Shown here one piece after another: positions 61,901 to 64,000 of a DNA stretch of 64,000 nt (the first letter of the stretch is position 1; every line of letters starts with the position of its first letter). Location: the NCBI GenBank assembly GCA_965113315.1, contig OZ220369.1; one strand, given 5' to 3'. The position numbers and the translations under genes are program-made. Origin of the DNA: Podarcis vaucheri. Lineage: Eukaryota. A model generated the notes under the pieces. It saw nothing but the letters and a program-made list of their open reading frames with translations, had not been told where the DNA came from and searched no databases.

Positions 61901-63068
61901 TGGACTCCTTCAACATTGGGAAAGAGAGAGAAATGGAAAGTGGAAGAAGATGGAGTGCAAGAGAGAGAAAAGGTGAGCAGGGCTGTTCCACTGACGGCCT
62001 TTGCACATCCCTCACCTGTCACCTGGAGGCAGCTGTTGTACCAGGCTACCTGGGCTGCCTCCATCCCAGCTGCCCATTATCAAACCCCACCCCGCCCTCA
62101 ACTTTGCTTTCCCCTCTAACTCCTCTTTTACTTTTGTGTTGTGTCTTTTAGACTGCAAGCCTGCGGGCAGGGACTGACTTACAGCTGCTCTGGGAATCTT
62201 TTCGGCTAAAGAGCGGGGCGAAAATGCTCTAAATAAAACAAGATGAACGAAGGAGCTATGAGAGGCATCAATGAGATGGCAATACAATGTGGAGAAACAA
62301 AAGAATAATCTGGCGCTGCACCATCTGTCCGATGGAACAAAACACTTCTCTGCTTCTCCCCCCATTCTGTCATCTCTGCCGCTATCAGAATTATTGATGG
62401 AATATTTAACTTATCCATTCAGTTTCCAAAACAGAACTCTTTCCCAATAAAAGTAATGCCCAGAATGGAAGCCTCTGAGACTTCTTTTTTCCTTCTTCCC
62501 AGAGTAATAATGTTCATTTTAACCTTGATGGGGGACTTAACTAATTTATGAGGTAATTTCAGTAATAACCATACATTAATTTTACATCTCCTTTTCTCCT
62601 GTTTGGATAGGTTTGGGCCACTAGGAATTATGTAAAGACAGACAATAGGCTGCTAGGGATTTCAAGTGAGTAATGCACTGTGTTTAAAACCTTTCAATCA
62701 AATTAATAATGCGCAGAGCTATCCACTGTGTAATTGCTTCTAATATATTCAGATTCAGAAGTCAGCATTAATAGACTATATAGATGGTATTTTTCCTGCA
62801 GGAAATTATACTGGTTTAATTTCACATTCTCACTATAAATCCCAGGCCAACATGGTCCCTCTGCAACCTCTGGGTCACAATCAAAAATCAGCATTTCATG
62901 AGCACAGTCCTAATAATAATTTTATAATGTCATTCTCGACAAGAGTGGAGATATGGGATTCTCAGATTATGAGGGCAGAAAAAGTTGCATAGTGAAGTGG
63001 GGACAGAAATGGGCCTTCTGAGGTGAGAGGAACAGTTAAGAAGCAAGTGCTACAGAGCTTAAGATATA

Positions 63069-63389
63069 CAGTGGTGCCTCGCAAGACGAAAATAATCCGT
63101 TCCGCGAGTCTCTTCGTCTAGCGGTTTTTTTGTCTTGCGAAGCAACCCTATTAGCGGCTTAGCACTATTAGCGGTTTAGCGGCTGTTAAAGGCTTAGCGG
63201 CTTAGCGGCTAAAAGGCTATTAGCGGCTTAACGGCTTAGAAAAAGGGGGGGGAGCGAAAAAAAATCGGAACACTTGCAAGACGTTTTCGTCTTGCGAAGC
63301 AAGCCCATAGGGAAATTTGTCTTGCGAAGCAGCTCAAAAACGGAAAACCCTTTCGTCTAGCGGGTTTTCAGTCTTGCGGGGCACCACTG
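63069..63389. mobile_element. Tc1/mariner (Tigger-like) MITE with internal TTAGCGGC repeat array
   Basis: TIRs cagtggtgcctcgcaagac / gtcttgcggggcaccactg; TA TSD at 63067-63068 and 63390-63391; CpGs retained, suggesting a young insertion. Confidence 0.9.
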
Positions 63390-64000
63390 TACAGTGTGGA
63401 TGAGACAGAAAGGGTTTGCATATCTGTTCAGGAATGGAGTTCATTGAATGACCTACTTCGTAGGGTTGTTGTGCATGGAGGAAAAGAGAAAATTATCCCC
63501 CACATAGTGCCTTGAAAGAAGGGTGGGATGCAATCAAGGAATTTTTGGGAGACAGGCGAGGTCTGCTTTCAGCCATCAGTTCAAAACACCGAACTATACG
63601 TAGGATTTTTATATACATATTTGGTTAAGTGTAATAAAAGGTTGGTATTTCTGAGTGAAAATTTCAAATATGAAACTACTCTAATTTCCAGTGATTAATT
63701 GCACTAATTGCACAGTTTTTGCAAATGACACCCTTAAGCAATCATCTAAGCCTATATCAAGGTTGATGGTGAATTTGCAAGTAAAGTATACAATTTAAGC
63801 ATGTCAAATTTTTATTTTCTTCCCAGTTCGAACTTGTGGCTCAACCTCATTTGTTTATTAAAACATTCATAGACCACCATTCATTAAAATAGCACAGATA
63901 AAATCAATACAACAAAACAGTTGAATACTAAAAAAACCACAAATACCAGAGATAGCCAGAATTTCCAAGAGAGCTGGTACTAAACATAAGGGATCTGTAT

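Noticed and set aside
63149-63240. CRISPR-like or telomere-like repeat
   Set aside because: No unique spacers or cas genes, eukaryotic context, the unit is not TTAGGG, and it lies inside a MITE.
54715-64000. Search for PEPD exon 9 (VMKAVK.GMKEYELES-like)
   Set aside because: No matching sequence with splice sites found; presumably beyond the window.

Overview
This is vertebrate genomic DNA from a squamate reptile, most likely a lacertid lizard, judged from Sauria SINEs, squamate tRNA-derived SINEs, CR1/L2 LINE remnants and many hAT and Tc1/mariner MITEs. It holds two convergent genes in the same tail-to-tail arrangement as human 19q13.11. (1) The complete CEBPG gene on +: CpG-island/CCAAT promoter at about 6.0-6.4 kb, non-coding exon 1 ending at 6393, an 8.1 kb intron, exon 2 from 14482 with the whole 150-aa bZIP CDS at 14592-15044, and a 2-3 kb 3'UTR. 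(2) The 3' part of PEPD (prolidase) on -: exons 10-15 at 54646-54714, 46146-46223, 33519-33667, 25776-25960, 23851-24042 and 19755-19895, all with GT/AG sites, a continuous frame and all metal ligands intact. PEPD exons 1-9 were not found and presumably lie to the right of the window. The rest is intron or intergenic DNA with nested transposons and several AT-rich non-repetitive blocks that may be enhancers. I found no evidence for a new multi-gene system. The best leads are regulatory or splicing-level: a SINE abutting the PEPD exon 14 acceptor that appears to supply its branch point and an in-frame cryptic acceptor; C/EBP and ATF4:C/EBP (CARE) motifs at the CEBPG promoter, in its intron and in PEPD intron 10; inverted MITE pairs flanking symmetric PEPD exons 10-11; a (GGGT)-repeat G-quadruplex in the CEBPG 3'UTR; and a perfect 20-bp non-TE palindrome. 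Repeat family names and comparisons with human are from recall, not from a search; boundaries of decayed LINE/SINE fragments are approximate.
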